This document shows, one piece after another, positions 27,570-37,780 of a DNA stretch of 64,000 nt. Every line of letters begins with the position of its first letter. Position 1 is the first letter of the stretch. Source of the DNA: Candidatus Adlerbacteria bacterium (GTDB lineage: Bacteria; Patescibacteriota; Minisyncoccia; Phycocordibacterales; SBAW01); NCBI GenBank assembly GCA_026397405.1, contig JAPLUW010000001.1, positions 43,138-107,137 of the forward strand. Reading direction: 5' to 3'. Below the pieces are notes generated by a model. That model saw nothing but the letters and a program-made list of their open reading frames with translations. It made no database searches and was not told the origin of the DNA. Made by a program: the position numbers and the translations under genes.

Positions 27570-27983
27570 CTATTCTTTAATCTTTTTTTCTCTGGGCTTC
27601 CGACGTAGCAACCTGCGTTTATGTTCGGCTACCTCGCGTAAAAATGCCGACGCTTCCTTGCTGCTTTTTGGGTGGTCGGTTGCACCGCGTATTGTGTCGA
27701 GCGTGTGCTCGAGCCCCCGCTCTGCCGCAAGTACCCCGCGTGCAATTGTCCTGTGTGTCCACGCGCGCACTACAGCGACTGTTCTCTGCCCGTGGTGCGC
27801 CGCAAGCGCCGGGAGTACGCGCTCTACCCAGAGCAAAAATACATGCGCCATGGTGCCCACCGTGGGCCGCACCCGTGCCAAGAATAGCACGTTCCCTGTC
27901 TTTAGCTCCCAGCGTTTAACCGCCAAAAGCGACAAGAGCCCGACTATCGACACAAACAGCATTGTGGTGAAAAAGAACACCAT
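27570..27983 (-). CDS. Hypothetical small membrane-anchored protein with a basic C-terminus.
   Basis: 137-aa ORF with an N-terminal TM (MLFVSIVGLLSLLAV). Region is GC-rich with competing ORFs. Confidence 0.35.
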   Translation of the reverse strand: MVFFFTTMLFVSIVGLLSLLAVKRWELKTGNVLFLARVRPTVGTMAHVFLLWVERVLPALAAHHGQRTVAVVRAWTHRTIARGVLAAERGLEHTLDTIRGATDHPKSSKEASAFLREVAEHKRRLLRRKPREKKIKE

Positions 27984-28001
27984 AGAACCCAGTATATAGT
28001 A

Positions 28002-28586
28002 CTATTTAACCGAAAAACAACCGAGCTTGCTTACCTCGACACGTTCGCCAAACTTCTGTGCAGCATCGAGCAAGAGCTGCGCCACAGTCTTGCTATCGTC
28101 TTTGATAAACGGCTGCTCGAGCAGCACTATTTCTTTCAAACGCGACTGCACTTTGCCAGCAAGAATCTGCTCGCGCAAATTTTCTGGCTTGTCTGCTACC
28201 GCGGGCAAAAAGATTGTTTCAAGCTCTTTAAGCGCAGCTTCGCCTACATCTTCGCGCGCAATATATTCGGGCTTTGTTGCAGCCGCATGCATCGCAATAT
28301 CGCGGCAGAGTTTAATAAAATCTTCGTTCTTTGAGACAAAGTCAGTCTCGCAGGAAAGCATAACCATAGCACCAACCTGGCCAGTGTTGTGGATATATGA
28401 GGCAACAGTACCTGCACCAAACGAACGGTCTCCTTTTTTGCGTGCAATTTCTGCACTGCGGCGTGAAAGGACGACAATAGCTTTGTCCATGTCACCACCC
28501 GCTTCTTCAAGCGCCTTTTTGCATTCCATGACAGAAATGCCTGTTTTGTCGCGGAGCTCTTTTACTACATCTGCACTGACTGCCAT
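28002..28586 (-). CDS. tsf: Elongation factor Ts (short form).
   Basis: MAVSADVVKELRDKTGISVMECKKALEEAGGDMDKA (UBA-like N-terminus), downstream of rpsB. Confidence 0.9.
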   Translation of the reverse strand: MAVSADVVKELRDKTGISVMECKKALEEAGGDMDKAIVVLSRRSAEIARKKGDRSFGAGTVASYIHNTGQVGAMVMLSCETDFVSKNEDFIKLCRDIAMHAAATKPEYIAREDVGEAALKELETIFLPAVADKPENLREQILAGKVQSRLKEIVLLEQPFIKDDSKTVAQLLLDAAQKFGERVEVSKLGCFSVK

Positions 28587-28612
28587 ATATATATTATGTT
28601 AGGGCTAAAGAA

Positions 28613-29347
28613 CTACGCTACTACTGCAGGTGCTGCCGCAAGAGAGTCTGCGGTGGGCACTGCGCCCATATTGCTTTCGTATGTTTTTGCAACTTCGTCG
28701 AGCACGTACGCTACTACCTGGAGAGACGCGTCGTTTGCAGGAATTGGGTACGTGATAAGGCTCTTGTCGCAGTCGGAGTTAAGCAGCGAAACAATTGGGA
28801 TGTTTAGTTGGCGCGCCTCTGCAACTGCGCCACTTTCCTGACGTGGGTCCACAATAAACAAAGCGTCGGGGAGCTTGTTCATGCCCTTCAAGCCTCCAAA
28901 CATTGCTTCTAGGTCGGTGATATTGCGGTCAATAAGCAAACGTTCGTGTTTAGTAAACTTCTGCAATTCGCCCTTTTCGCGCTGGTCGGTTTGTTCGGTC
29001 AAAAGGTTAAGGCGCTTTTTGATTTCAGAAAAGTTAGTGAGTGTGCCGCCTATCCAACGTGACGCAACGTAGGGCTGGTTGAGGCGTTCTGCGGCGCGCT
29101 TCAAGGCTTCGCGAGCCTCAGCTTTGCTGCCGACAAAAAGTACTGTTTTACGGGCTGCTGCGAGTGTTTTTATATATTCGAGCGCGTCGGTAAAACACAC
29201 AGACGTGCGTTCGAGGTCAAACAATTCAGTACCTCCTTTGCTACCGAAAATATACGGTGCAACAGACGGGTGGCGGCGTGACGGCGCGTAGCCAAAATGG
29301 GCTCCGAGCGAAAACAACTTGTCTATAACTGATTCGTTTTTTTCCAT
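28613..29347 (-). CDS. rpsB: 30S ribosomal protein S2.
   Basis: LFSLGAHFGYAPSRRHPSVAPYIFG and the LPDALFIVDP region. Confidence 0.93.
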   Translation of the reverse strand: MEKNESVIDKLFSLGAHFGYAPSRRHPSVAPYIFGSKGGTELFDLERTSVCFTDALEYIKTLAAARKTVLFVGSKAEAREALKRAAERLNQPYVASRWIGGTLTNFSEIKKRLNLLTEQTDQREKGELQKFTKHERLLIDRNITDLEAMFGGLKGMNKLPDALFIVDPRQESGAVAEARQLNIPIVSLLNSDCDKSLITYPIPANDASLQVVAYVLDEVAKTYESNMGAVPTADSLAAAPAVVA

Positions 29348-29382
29348 ATAAGATACGGGCTAGAATAGCACGGCCACACTGG

Positions 29383-30354
29383 TTATGCAACCGCCTCCAC
29401 CCCGGTCTGGGCCGCGGCCAGGGCGTCGAGCAGGGGGTTAATGTTACCGGCAAAAATAAGCGGCAAGTTGTGCCAACTCTCTTTAATACGGTGGTCGGTG
29501 ATACGGTCTTGGAGCACGTTGTAGGTGCGCACTTTTTCCGACCTGTCGCCAGTACCAATTTGTAGCTTCCGGTCAGCAGAAAGCTTCGCCCGAGCCTTTT
29601 CTTCTTCGTGCTGTTCAAGTTTTGCCAAGAGCACGGCCATCGCCTTTTCGCGGTTACCCAACTGGTTTCTCTCCGACTGCGAACGCGCTTCCAAACCTGT
29701 TGGTTTGTGCACAATACGCACCGCAGTTTCCACTTTGTTGACGTTCTGTCCGCCCGCACCCCCCGCACGCGAAAATTCCATTTCGATATCGCCAGGGTTA
29801 ATTTCTATAGTGTGTTTTTTGCGTATCGGCAAAATAGCGACCGACGCAGTCGACGTATGGACGCGACCGGACTTTTCTGTTGCAGGTATTCGTTGGACGC
29901 GGTGCACGCCAGTTTCGAACCGGAGGCGTTTGTATACTTCGAGGCCTTTTACCTCAAGCACAACTTCTTTGTAACCACCCAGGTCGGTCTTAGACTCCGA
30001 AAGCACACGTACCTGCCAGCCGCACTGGTCGGCATATGCGCGATACATGTGGGAAAGCTCTTCAGCAAACAATGCAGCCTCTTCCCCACCTACGCCTGCG
30101 CGGATTTCCAAAATCGCTTCGTTGGGGAACTCTTCCTCAAGTTTTTCTTTATCTAAAATTTTCTCTATCTCCGCGAGCAAGGCTGCTTTTTGTTCTTCAA
30201 TGCGCGCAAGGTCGTCCTTGGCAAGTTCGCCCAAGTCGCCCGTTGCCATTTCTTTAAGCTCCTTTTCTTCTACAGCCAAGCGTTCGAGCTCCGCAGCAAA
30301 ATATGCGGTCTTTGGGTTTTCTTTATAGAGGAGCAAGTCCGCCTCTGTAGCCAT
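29383..30354 (-). CDS. prfA: Peptide chain release factor 1.
   Basis: GGQ motif ([20 protein letters not shown]) and RF1-type PAT tripeptide ([16 protein letters not shown]). Confidence 0.9.
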   Translation of the reverse strand: MATEADLLLYKENPKTAYFAAELERLAVEEKELKEMATGDLGELAKDDLARIEEQKAALLAEIEKILDKEKLEEEFPNEAILEIRAGVGGEEAALFAEELSHMYRAYADQCGWQVRVLSESKTDLGGYKEVVLEVKGLEVYKRLRFETGVHRVQRIPATEKSGRVHTSTASVAILPIRKKHTIEINPGDIEMEFSRAGGAGGQNVNKVETAVRIVHKPTGLEARSQSERNQLGNREKAMAVLLAKLEQHEEEKARAKLSADRKLQIGTGDRSEKVRTYNVLQDRITDHRIKESWHNLPLIFAGNINPLLDALAAAQTGVEAVA

Positions 30355-30564
30355 CTACTTTTTTGCGGCTGCGCGACGAGCTCTGAATTTTTCTACGCGA
30401 CCTGCGGCATCCAAAATCTTTTCGTTACCGGTATAGAACGGGTGGCATGCGCTGCAAATTTCGACAGAGAGTTTTTCCTGCGTTGAGCCCACAGTAAAAG
30501 CCCGTCCGCATGCGCAGGTAACTTTTGCCTCAGCAAAATAGGTTGGGTGCGTTTCTGTCTTCAT
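30355..30564 (-). CDS. rpmE: 50S ribosomal protein L31.
   Basis: [10 protein letters not shown]...CACGRAF...[10 protein letters not shown] (Zn ribbon). Confidence 0.9.
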   Translation of the reverse strand: MKTETHPTYFAEAKVTCACGRAFTVGSTQEKLSVEICSACHPFYTGNEKILDAAGRVEKFRARRAAAKK

Positions 30565-30586
30565 ATACCTACACTATAGCACAGGG

Positions 30587-31954
30587 TTATAGATCGTTCA
30601 AGAAGTCGATATTTTGCTGTATCGCGGCCACTCGCGACATAACTTGGCTTGCATAGGTCTTCCCAGCGGTTGCCCAGGCTCCTCCAGCGTAGTATTTGGC
30701 AGCCGCAGTAGACTCCGCTGTGTATCCGCCCTTGTCGGCCCCTAAATCACCGAGGTACACAGACATCGCGGTTATAGCATCTTGCGGGTTCCAAGGGTTT
30801 GCGGTCGACACGCCGTCGGCGGCGGCAATACGCTTGGCATACAACGCCCATGTTGACGGGATAAATTGTGCAGGACCCATTGCACCTCCCCACCCGCCAG
30901 CACTTGCAATGGGGCACGACACCACCTGCCCGTGTGGGTCAAACCCAAGCTTGTCTGCGAGCGCCAAAAACGGCGGCACATCGCGAGTTGGGCTCATAAC
31001 TTTTGCAAATGCTTTCCCACTATTTTTACCCACTCCCGCACCGGTTGTTTCGTCTTTTAAATAGCACTGCCCTACATTTGCGCCTAAGTTTGACTCTTGG
31101 GTAAGTATCGCAAGCACCAAAGCTGGGTCGACGCCAGTCGACTTCTGTGCAACTTGGGCAAACTGCAGTGCCGCACCGAACTCAATAGCAGCCGCGTCAC
31201 GCAAGGGAAACAGCGCTGCACGAATAGCTGCGGCTTTTGCCTGGTTTGCGGCAAGCACTTTTTGATACTGCGTTTCTTGGTTAGTCGTTATAGCCAAGAG
31301 CTGCTTTTTTTGCTGCTTGTCAGCGTTTATCTGCTGCTGTGTCAGCTCCACTTTGTAGCGAGCATCGACTTGTGCACTTTGCTTAGCTGCGAGGGCGTCT
31401 TTTTCGTTTTGTGTTTCGGTTTTTACACCGCGCAGCTGGTTAAAAAGGTCTTGGAGCTGCTGGTCTATAGTGTCGATAGACTGCACGTCATCAAAAAAAC
31501 TGGACAGTGTTTCTGAAGAAAGTGCAACCATCGCAAGAGGCGTACTTTCTGCCTCGTTCTTTTCACGAATAAGTTTAGACAACGAATCATGCCCCGCCTC
31601 TATTTTTTGTTCGAGCGTTTGTATTGTAGCGGTCTTTTTTGTTATCTCACTACCGAGTGTTTTTATCGTAATGTTGCGCTGGTCTATTTGCGCTTGCGCT
31701 TTGTTTATCTGCGCAGTCAAAGAAGTAACGTCTCCGGTAAGCGTGTTCTTTTTTGCCTTTGTGTCGTCGAGTACTTTTTGCCACTGTGCAATTTCAGCCT
31801 GCAGCTGGTCGTACTCGGTTTGGAGTTGGGCGCGTTGTTCAGGGGTTAAGTCTTGGGCATGTACGGTAGACACCTGAAATACGGGTGCATGTGCCGCGAA
31901 CACAAACAGAACGGCAATAGTAAAAAAACCTATGTAGCACAGCAGTCGCTTCAT
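30587..31954 (-). CDS. Secreted protein with a long coiled-coil N-terminal region and a C-terminal lytic transglycosylase (SLT-like) domain.
   Basis: Signal peptide MKRLLCYIGFFTIAVLFVFAAHA, Gln/Ala-rich coiled coil, and C-terminal LAILTQESNLG ... GPAQFIPSTW ... Y. Confidence 0.7.
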   Translation of the reverse strand: MKRLLCYIGFFTIAVLFVFAAHAPVFQVSTVHAQDLTPEQRAQLQTEYDQLQAEIAQWQKVLDDTKAKKNTLTGDVTSLTAQINKAQAQIDQRNITIKTLGSEITKKTATIQTLEQKIEAGHDSLSKLIREKNEAESTPLAMVALSSETLSSFFDDVQSIDTIDQQLQDLFNQLRGVKTETQNEKDALAAKQSAQVDARYKVELTQQQINADKQQKKQLLAITTNQETQYQKVLAANQAKAAAIRAALFPLRDAAAIEFGAALQFAQVAQKSTGVDPALVLAILTQESNLGANVGQCYLKDETTGAGVGKNSGKAFAKVMSPTRDVPPFLALADKLGFDPHGQVVSCPIASAGGWGGAMGPAQFIPSTWALYAKRIAAADGVSTANPWNPQDAITAMSVYLGDLGADKGGYTAESTAAAKYYAGGAWATAGKTYASQVMSRVAAIQQNIDFLNDL

Positions 31955-32007
31955 GTATCCCTTTATTCTACCAGACCAAAAAGCTCCCTGCCGGGGACGA
32001 AATGAAT

Positions 32008-32040
32008 GACCCATATAAAACAAAACTGCCCCGCGAGCGC
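32008..32040 (-). terminator. Rho-independent terminator for rplY.
   Basis: CTGCCCCGCG-AG-CGCGGGGCAG, followed on the minus strand by TTTTGTTTTAT. Confidence 0.65.
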
Positions 32041-32053
32041 GGGGCAGTTGGTG

Positions 32054-32701
32054 TTATTCTGCTGATTCTCCTTCTGCGGGAGCGTCTTCTGGTTTTTTAC
32101 CACGCTCAACGCTGGTTTCGATTGCAGAAAGGTCCATCGGTGCACTTTCTTCCACTTCTTCTTTTGCAGTGTCTACCATGGCAACAACTTCTTCGAGGTC
32201 GACACTGATTATTGCGCTCTTAGGAATATCCAGATCTTTAATTTGTATCTGGCTGTCAAGGCTAGTGAGTTTTGAAATATCAACACGGATTGAGCTCGGC
32301 AAATCTTTTGGCAATACTTCCATTTCGAGTTCGTGCATAACCTTAACCAAAATACCACCGAGCTCTTTAACTGCAGGAGACACACCGTCAAATTCGAACG
32401 GCACCGACACAGTAACTGTCTGACCTTTTTCAATTGCGTAAAAGTCGGCGTGCAATGGCGCGCCAGAAACTGCATGGAACGACACGTCGTGGATAAGCGC
32501 ATCTTTGTCTTCGCCCACACCGGTAAGAGTAATCACAGTAGAGGAACCCGCTGTCTTAAAAAGCTTTTCAAAGTCTTTGCGGTTTATAGAAATTGGAGTC
32601 GACTCTTCGCTACGGCCATAGACGACCGCTGGCAAGACCCCCGCCTCCCGGAGAGCCTTGGCTTTTTTGCCTATATCGCGCTTTTCTATCGTCAGTTGCA
32701 T
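32054..32701 (-). CDS. rplY: 50S ribosomal protein L25 / general stress protein Ctc.
   Basis: MQLTIEKRDIGKKAKALREAGVLPAVVYG and a two-domain L25/Ctc layout with acidic tail. Confidence 0.85.
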   Translation of the reverse strand: MQLTIEKRDIGKKAKALREAGVLPAVVYGRSEESTPISINRKDFEKLFKTAGSSTVITLTGVGEDKDALIHDVSFHAVSGAPLHADFYAIEKGQTVTVSVPFEFDGVSPAVKELGGILVKVMHELEMEVLPKDLPSSIRVDISKLTSLDSQIQIKDLDIPKSAIISVDLEEVVAMVDTAKEEVEESAPMDLSAIETSVERGKKPEDAPAEGESAE

Positions 32702-32739
32702 GCGAGCGAGTATACCAAAAGTACTAGAAAAGGCAACCT

Positions 32740-33597
32740 TTACTGCCCTGCAAAGAGGCGGATTTTCTGGGAGACGTATGCCTGCATTTTTTGGACAGAG
32801 GGCCTCAGGAATTTGTAGGGAGTAGTTTCAGCCCCGGCAGTCAACGTTTCTTTAAGGCTGTCGTGGTAGAGCACGCGCAGGTCGGTATTGATATGGATCA
32901 TCACAACGCCTGAGGCAATTGCCTGCGTAAATTCCTCGTCCGACGAACCAGAGCCCCCGTGCAACACAAGTGGCACACCAACTGCTGCGTTTAACTGCGC
33001 GATGCGCGTGATAGAAAGTTTCGGCTGTCCCTGCAACACAATACCGTGAATATTCCCGACTGCGGGTGCCACCAAGTCTATCCCTGTTTCTTCCACCAAG
33101 CGTTTTAGCTCGTCGGGGTTGGTCATCATTTCTTCTGTTATGGCGGCGCCTTCGGGGAGCGACTGCATAACATTTGACGATGTGCCGATGTAGCCAAGCT
33201 CACCTTCCATAAGCACATCGCGGCCGCTCGCACGCGCATATTTTACACACGTTGCGAGCAAATGTTCGTTTTCTTCAAATGGCAACTTTGCACCGTCGAC
33301 AACCACCGAGTCAGCGCCGTCGGCAATGGCATGCTGCACTTTTTCCACACTGTAGGTATGGTCGGCGTTTAAATATATTTGAATTCCCTGGTGCTGGTAG
33401 AGGTCGACCAGTGCCCGTGCATGCGCGAGCGGGAAAAAGTTGCGCTCGCCTTCGGAAAGGCCTGCAACGACCGGCAGCCCACATTCTTTTGCAGCCAGCG
33501 CAATTGCTGCCAACTGGTTCGAGTCAGAAAAATTAAAATGCCCGAGCGCTTTCTTGCTGTCTTTATAGTCCTGCAGAGTCTCGCGTAATGTTTGCAT
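32740..33597 (-). CDS. fba: Class II fructose-bisphosphate aldolase (FBA/tagatose-bisphosphate aldolase family).
   Basis: LSEGERNF..., the DHTYS/LNADH region and GVPLVLHGGSGSSDEEFTQAIASGVVMIHINTDLR. Confidence 0.85.
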   Translation of the reverse strand: MQTLRETLQDYKDSKKALGHFNFSDSNQLAAIALAAKECGLPVVAGLSEGERNFFPLAHARALVDLYQHQGIQIYLNADHTYSVEKVQHAIADGADSVVVDGAKLPFEENEHLLATCVKYARASGRDVLMEGELGYIGTSSNVMQSLPEGAAITEEMMTNPDELKRLVEETGIDLVAPAVGNIHGIVLQGQPKLSITRIAQLNAAVGVPLVLHGGSGSSDEEFTQAIASGVVMIHINTDLRVLYHDSLKETLTAGAETTPYKFLRPSVQKMQAYVSQKIRLFAGQ

Positions 33598-33620
33598 ACT
33601 TTCATTATATACTAGAGCGT

Positions 33621-34649
33621 ATGGAACCTATCGATTTCTTTGCTATTGGCGATATTGTGACCGAACCGTTTATTCGGCTGAAAGAGGCGCATATTAATTG
33701 CAAAATAGACTCTGAACAATGCGAAATTTGTATGAAGTGGGGCGACAAAATCCCCTACGACTACTTTATATTGATGCCTGCGGTGGGTAACGCGTCCAAT
33801 GCTGCAGTCGCAGCGGCACGTTTGGGCTTAAGTTCCGCACTCCGTGCATATACCGGCGAAGATAGGTACGGCGAGGACTGCTTAGCAGTTTTGAAAGCAG
33901 AAAAAGTGGACATCACATTTATGGTGAAGGACCCTAGCCGCCCCAGCAACTACCACTATGTACTGTGGTACGAAACGGAGCGCACTATTTTGGTAAAACA
34001 TGAAAACTACGACTATCGCCTACCGGAAATCCCACCATCCGTACAATGGATATATCTTTCGTCGCTCGCAGACAATTCGCTTCCCTACCACCTGGCACTT
34101 GCCGAGTGGTTGCAGAAAAATCCGAGCACAAAACTTTGCTTCCAGCCCGGCACATTCCAGATGAAATTAGGAATTGAGGCTCTCAAAAATATGTACGAAC
34201 GAACCGAACTATTTGTTTGTAATAAAGAAGAAGCTCAACGGATTTTACAAGTGGAAGCCACCCTCGCCCATAGCCCGGCCACGGGCGAGGCAGACGATAT
34301 AAAAAAAATACTCGAAGGCCTGCACGCGCTCGGTCCAAAAATTGTAGTAATCACAAACGACAGAAAAGGCGCGTATGCGCGTACTGAGGCAGGAGAATTC
34401 TGGTTCGTCCCCATGTACCCAGACACCAGACCGCCGTTTGAACGTACCGGCGCAGGAGACGCCTTTGCGTCGAGCGTTACTGCAGCGCTCGCGCTTGGCA
34501 AACCGCTAGAAGAAGCTCTGCTGTGGGGCCCAGTGAACGCAATGTGCGTTGTACAGGAGGTTGGCGCACAAAAAGGCTTGCTGACGCGCGAAAAATTAGA
34601 AGAGTACGTACAAAACGCACCAGCCGAATACAAACTAGAAAAAATGTAG
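33621..34649 (+). CDS. PfkB-family carbohydrate kinase (ribokinase-like; possibly a PfkB-type phosphofructokinase given the adjacent fba).
   Basis: C-terminal signature ERTGAGDAFASSVTAALALG (DTxGAGDxF). Start at the ATG at 33621. Confidence 0.72.
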   Translation: MEPIDFFAIGDIVTEPFIRLKEAHINCKIDSEQCEICMKWGDKIPYDYFILMPAVGNASNAAVAAARLGLSSALRAYTGEDRYGEDCLAVLKAEKVDITFMVKDPSRPSNYHYVLWYETERTILVKHENYDYRLPEIPPSVQWIYLSSLADNSLPYHLALAEWLQKNPSTKLCFQPGTFQMKLGIEALKNMYERTELFVCNKEEAQRILQVEATLAHSPATGEADDIKKILEGLHALGPKIVVITNDRKGAYARTEAGEFWFVPMYPDTRPPFERTGAGDAFASSVTAALALGKPLEEALLWGPVNAMCVVQEVGAQKGLLTREKLEEYVQNAPAEYKLEKM

Positions 34650-34664
34650 TTCTGCGGTTCAGCG

Positions 34665-35717
34665 CTACTGTAGCTTTCGCGCAAAAACAGTTTTAACCGC
34701 CTCTTTAATTGCAGGGGTGTCTAACTTATAGTGAGCCAGCAATTCTGCCGGGTTCCCCGACTGCCCAAACTGGTCTCGAACGCCGACAAATTCCATTGGC
34801 ACCGGGTACTCCTGCGCAAGTGCTTCCGCAATAGCACTTCCCAAACCTCCGGCAATTTGATGTTCCTCCACGGTCACGACGGCGCCTGTATTTTTTGCAG
34901 CAGCGACAACCGCCGCAGTGTCGAGCGGCTTTATGGTGTGCACATTAATGACAGATACCGAAATTTCGCTCTCTAGTTCTTGTGCGGCCATGAGTGCCTG
35001 GTACGTCAGTGGGCCTGTAGCAAAAATAGTTACCTGCGGGTTTTCCCCAAGCCATAGTAAATTTGCGCGCCCTATTTCAAACGGCGAAGCAAGAGTTGTC
35101 ATCACTGGTGTTTTTTCGCGTGCTAAACGGATATAGACAGGGCCATTGTGTGTCGCTGCCGCACGTGTTGCTTTGCGTGCCTCTTCGGCGTCACACGGGG
35201 AAAGTACGCACATGTTTGGCTGCACGCGCATGAGTGCAATGTCCTCAAGAGCTTGGTGGGTTGCGCCGTCCGGGCCCACTGAAAGCCCAGCGTGGCTCCC
35301 TACAATTTTGACGGGAACGTTGTTTAGGGAAATTGTGGTGCGAATTTGTTCGTTATTACGACCAGGGGAAAATGCCGCGTATGACGCAATAAAAGGAATT
35401 TTCCCGTAGTTTGCCAACCCGCTTGCGACCGAAGCCAAGTTTTGCTCGGCAACGCCAAGCTCAATGTACCGCTCGGGATATTTTTCTTTGAAGGCAAGCA
35501 TGCGGGTCGACTCGGCCAAGTCGGCGCACAGTGCGAGGACGCGCGGGTCTTTTTCTCCCAGCTCCAACAGACCTTTTCCAAACCCATCACGAGTAGCCGC
35601 GAGAGAAGGGGTTTGGGAAGAAAAAGTCTGGCCGTGCGTAGCAAGGAGATCCGAGGACTTTTTCGAAGCAAATTCCTTCTCGAACTCACTATCTAATTTT
35701 GCACTAGGGTTTAACAT
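34665..35717 (-). CDS. Transketolase, C-terminal subunit (pyrimidine-binding plus C-terminal domain) of a split transketolase.
   Basis: GPDGATHQALEDIALMRVQPNMCVLSPCDAEE; 350 aa. Confidence 0.85.
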   Translation of the reverse strand: MLNPSAKLDSEFEKEFASKKSSDLLATHGQTFSSQTPSLAATRDGFGKGLLELGEKDPRVLALCADLAESTRMLAFKEKYPERYIELGVAEQNLASVASGLANYGKIPFIASYAAFSPGRNNEQIRTTISLNNVPVKIVGSHAGLSVGPDGATHQALEDIALMRVQPNMCVLSPCDAEEARKATRAAATHNGPVYIRLAREKTPVMTTLASPFEIGRANLLWLGENPQVTIFATGPLTYQALMAAQELESEISVSVINVHTIKPLDTAAVVAAAKNTGAVVTVEEHQIAGGLGSAIAEALAQEYPVPMEFVGVRDQFGQSGNPAELLAHYKLDTPAIKEAVKTVFARKLQ

Positions 35718-35718
35718 A

Positions 35719-36573
35719 TTATTGATGTTCGCTTGCTATCTTTCCTTTCAATGTGCGCAGTTCGGCAAGGAACTTCTGCGCCTCCTCTTTACTTGGCGGT
35801 TTGCCATGCCAACGGTAGTCGAATTCAATTTCTTTAATTCCCTTTCCCGGTATGGTGTGCGCAATGATAACGGTCGGGCGCTCATAAATGGCTTTTGCTT
35901 GCTCTGTTGCATCAACAAACTCACGTATGTTGTGCCCGTCGACTTCAATCACATGCCAGTTAAATGCTTCGTACTTAGCTCGCAAATGTTCGAGAGGCAT
36001 CACATGTTCGGTCATACCGTTTATCTGGATATTATTGCGGTCAACTATCGCAGTAAGGTTTGAAAGCTTGTTGTTGCCTGCAAACATCGCTGCCTCCCAC
36101 ACGTTCCCTGCATCTTGTTCACCGTCGGACATTGCACAGTAGACGCGGAATTTTTTATCATCCATGCGTGCGCCATATGCGTACCCTGCCGCTTGAGAAA
36201 GCCCCGAGCCGAGTGGCCCCGACGTAGTTTCCAAGCCCGGCAGCCGCAAACGTTCCGGATGGCCTTGCAGGCGGCTCCCAAATTTGCGCAGAGTTAAACA
36301 TTCCGCAACAGGAAAATACCCTGCGTGTGCCATTGCGGCATAGCGCACCGGCACAATATGCCCGTTTGAAAGTATCAGTCGGTCGCGTTCCTCCCAGCCC
36401 GGGTTATGCGGGTCATGCTTTAAAATATAAAAATAAAACGCCGCAAAAATGTCCGCCATTCCAAGGGGACCCGCAGTGTGTCCGCTACCAGCAGCAGTGA
36501 GCATCTCCACAATAGTTTCGCGCAGAGACTCTGCCTGCAGTTCAAGTTCTTTTATTTTTTGTTCGGTCAACAT
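35719..36573 (-). CDS. Transketolase, N-terminal subunit (TPP-binding) of a split transketolase.
   Basis: GSGHTAGPLGMADIFAAFYF...HDPHNPGWEERDRLILSNGH and GPLGSGLSQAAGYAYG. Confidence 0.85.
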   Translation of the reverse strand: MLTEQKIKELELQAESLRETIVEMLTAAGSGHTAGPLGMADIFAAFYFYILKHDPHNPGWEERDRLILSNGHIVPVRYAAMAHAGYFPVAECLTLRKFGSRLQGHPERLRLPGLETTSGPLGSGLSQAAGYAYGARMDDKKFRVYCAMSDGEQDAGNVWEAAMFAGNNKLSNLTAIVDRNNIQINGMTEHVMPLEHLRAKYEAFNWHVIEVDGHNIREFVDATEQAKAIYERPTVIIAHTIPGKGIKEIEFDYRWHGKPPSKEEAQKFLAELRTLKGKIASEHQ

Positions 36574-37284
36574 TTATATACGCGACTCCCCTCGCAGGCG
36601 GCTGATTTCTGCAACTGGGTCCTCTGCTTCTAGTATATCGTGTCCGACCACAAGTCGGTTAGCGCCCGCCTGCGCAAGTGCGCGCACATGTTCGAGCGTG
36701 ACACCACCGTCGACTTGTATACAAAGGTCTGGATGCGCAGCGCGCAATTTTTGTACCAACTCCACACAACGTGCATCAAATTCCTGTCCTTGGAAGCCAA
36801 TACGTCCAACACCCATCACTTGTACAAAGTCGTATAGGTCTGTAAACGGAAGAAGTGTGTCGAGCGACGCACCCGGCATAAGTGCAACGCCGACCTCAAC
36901 CGGCACCAACTCGGTGCCGCGATACTGCTGCAAAAGCTGTACAGCCGCGAGCGCGCCCCCTGCTTTTGCATGCACCACAACACTTGCAGCCCCTGCACGG
37001 ACAAAATTTTCTACATCAAGTTCTGGATGTTCTGCCATTACGTCAAACTGGAAGTCGAACTGCCCCCAGTGCGGCAAGCCTTCATCGCCCGACACAAAGG
37101 TTTCAAACGAGCCGGGGGCAGAGTACGGCCAGGTTTTATTTTTTGCATACACACCGTCGACCATGTCGACCTGCACCGTACCTCCTGCATTTTCAATACG
37201 CGTAAGGTTGATCTCTAAGTCAGTAACACTTTTAGGAAGTATTGCTGGAATAATTTCTACCCGGCGTGATAACGGGTCAATCAT
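36574..37284 (-). CDS. rpe: Ribulose-phosphate 3-epimerase.
   Basis: VDMVDGVYAKN..., VQVMGVGRIGFQGQEF..., VDGGVTLEH (TIM barrel, Rpe pattern). Confidence 0.85.
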   Translation of the reverse strand: MIDPLSRRVEIIPAILPKSVTDLEINLTRIENAGGTVQVDMVDGVYAKNKTWPYSAPGSFETFVSGDEGLPHWGQFDFQFDVMAEHPELDVENFVRAGAASVVVHAKAGGALAAVQLLQQYRGTELVPVEVGVALMPGASLDTLLPFTDLYDFVQVMGVGRIGFQGQEFDARCVELVQKLRAAHPDLCIQVDGGVTLEHVRALAQAGANRLVVGHDILEAEDPVAEISRLRGESRI

Positions 37285-37777
37285 GCTGGTCGAGTTTAGC
37301 TATACGTCGCACATGCCGTTCGTCACCGCTAAAGGGAGTCTTCAGCCAAAGATCTACAGCTTCTTTTGCATCACTCTCAGAAATAAAACGCGCACCCAAA
37401 CTAAGAATATTTGCGTCATTATGTTCGCGCGAAAGCTTGACGATGCCTAGAGCCTGCGCAAAATCCTCTGCGTCGATCTTCGGCTCCGCAGCCGGATTTT
37501 GCTTCGGCAACCCGTAGTACACCGCCGCGCGAATTCCCTTAATTCTATTTGCCGCCATTGCCTCCCCTTGGCCCGAACCACCTACAGCAATACCTAAACT
37601 CCCGGGTGTCTGTGCAACTTTTGTTGCAAGTGGAAACATAAAGTCCGGATAATCATCATCGGATGCCAGTGTGTATGGACCCATATCTTCCACTTCGTCT
37701 CCTCTCTCGCGCAAAAAAGAAACTAAAACTTGTTTTAGTTCATATCCTGCGTGGTCGGACGCCAAAAATATCTGCAT
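37277..37777 (-). CDS. rpiB: Ribose-5-phosphate isomerase B (RpiB/LacAB family).
   Basis: MQIFLASDHAGYELK ... GIAVGGSGQGEAMAANRIKGIRAA. Confidence 0.85.
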   Translation of the reverse strand: MQIFLASDHAGYELKQVLVSFLRERGDEVEDMGPYTLASDDDYPDFMFPLATKVAQTPGSLGIAVGGSGQGEAMAANRIKGIRAAVYYGLPKQNPAAEPKIDAEDFAQALGIVKLSREHNDANILSLGARFISESDAKEAVDLWLKTPFSGDERHVRRIAKLDQHD

Positions 37778-37780
37778 ACC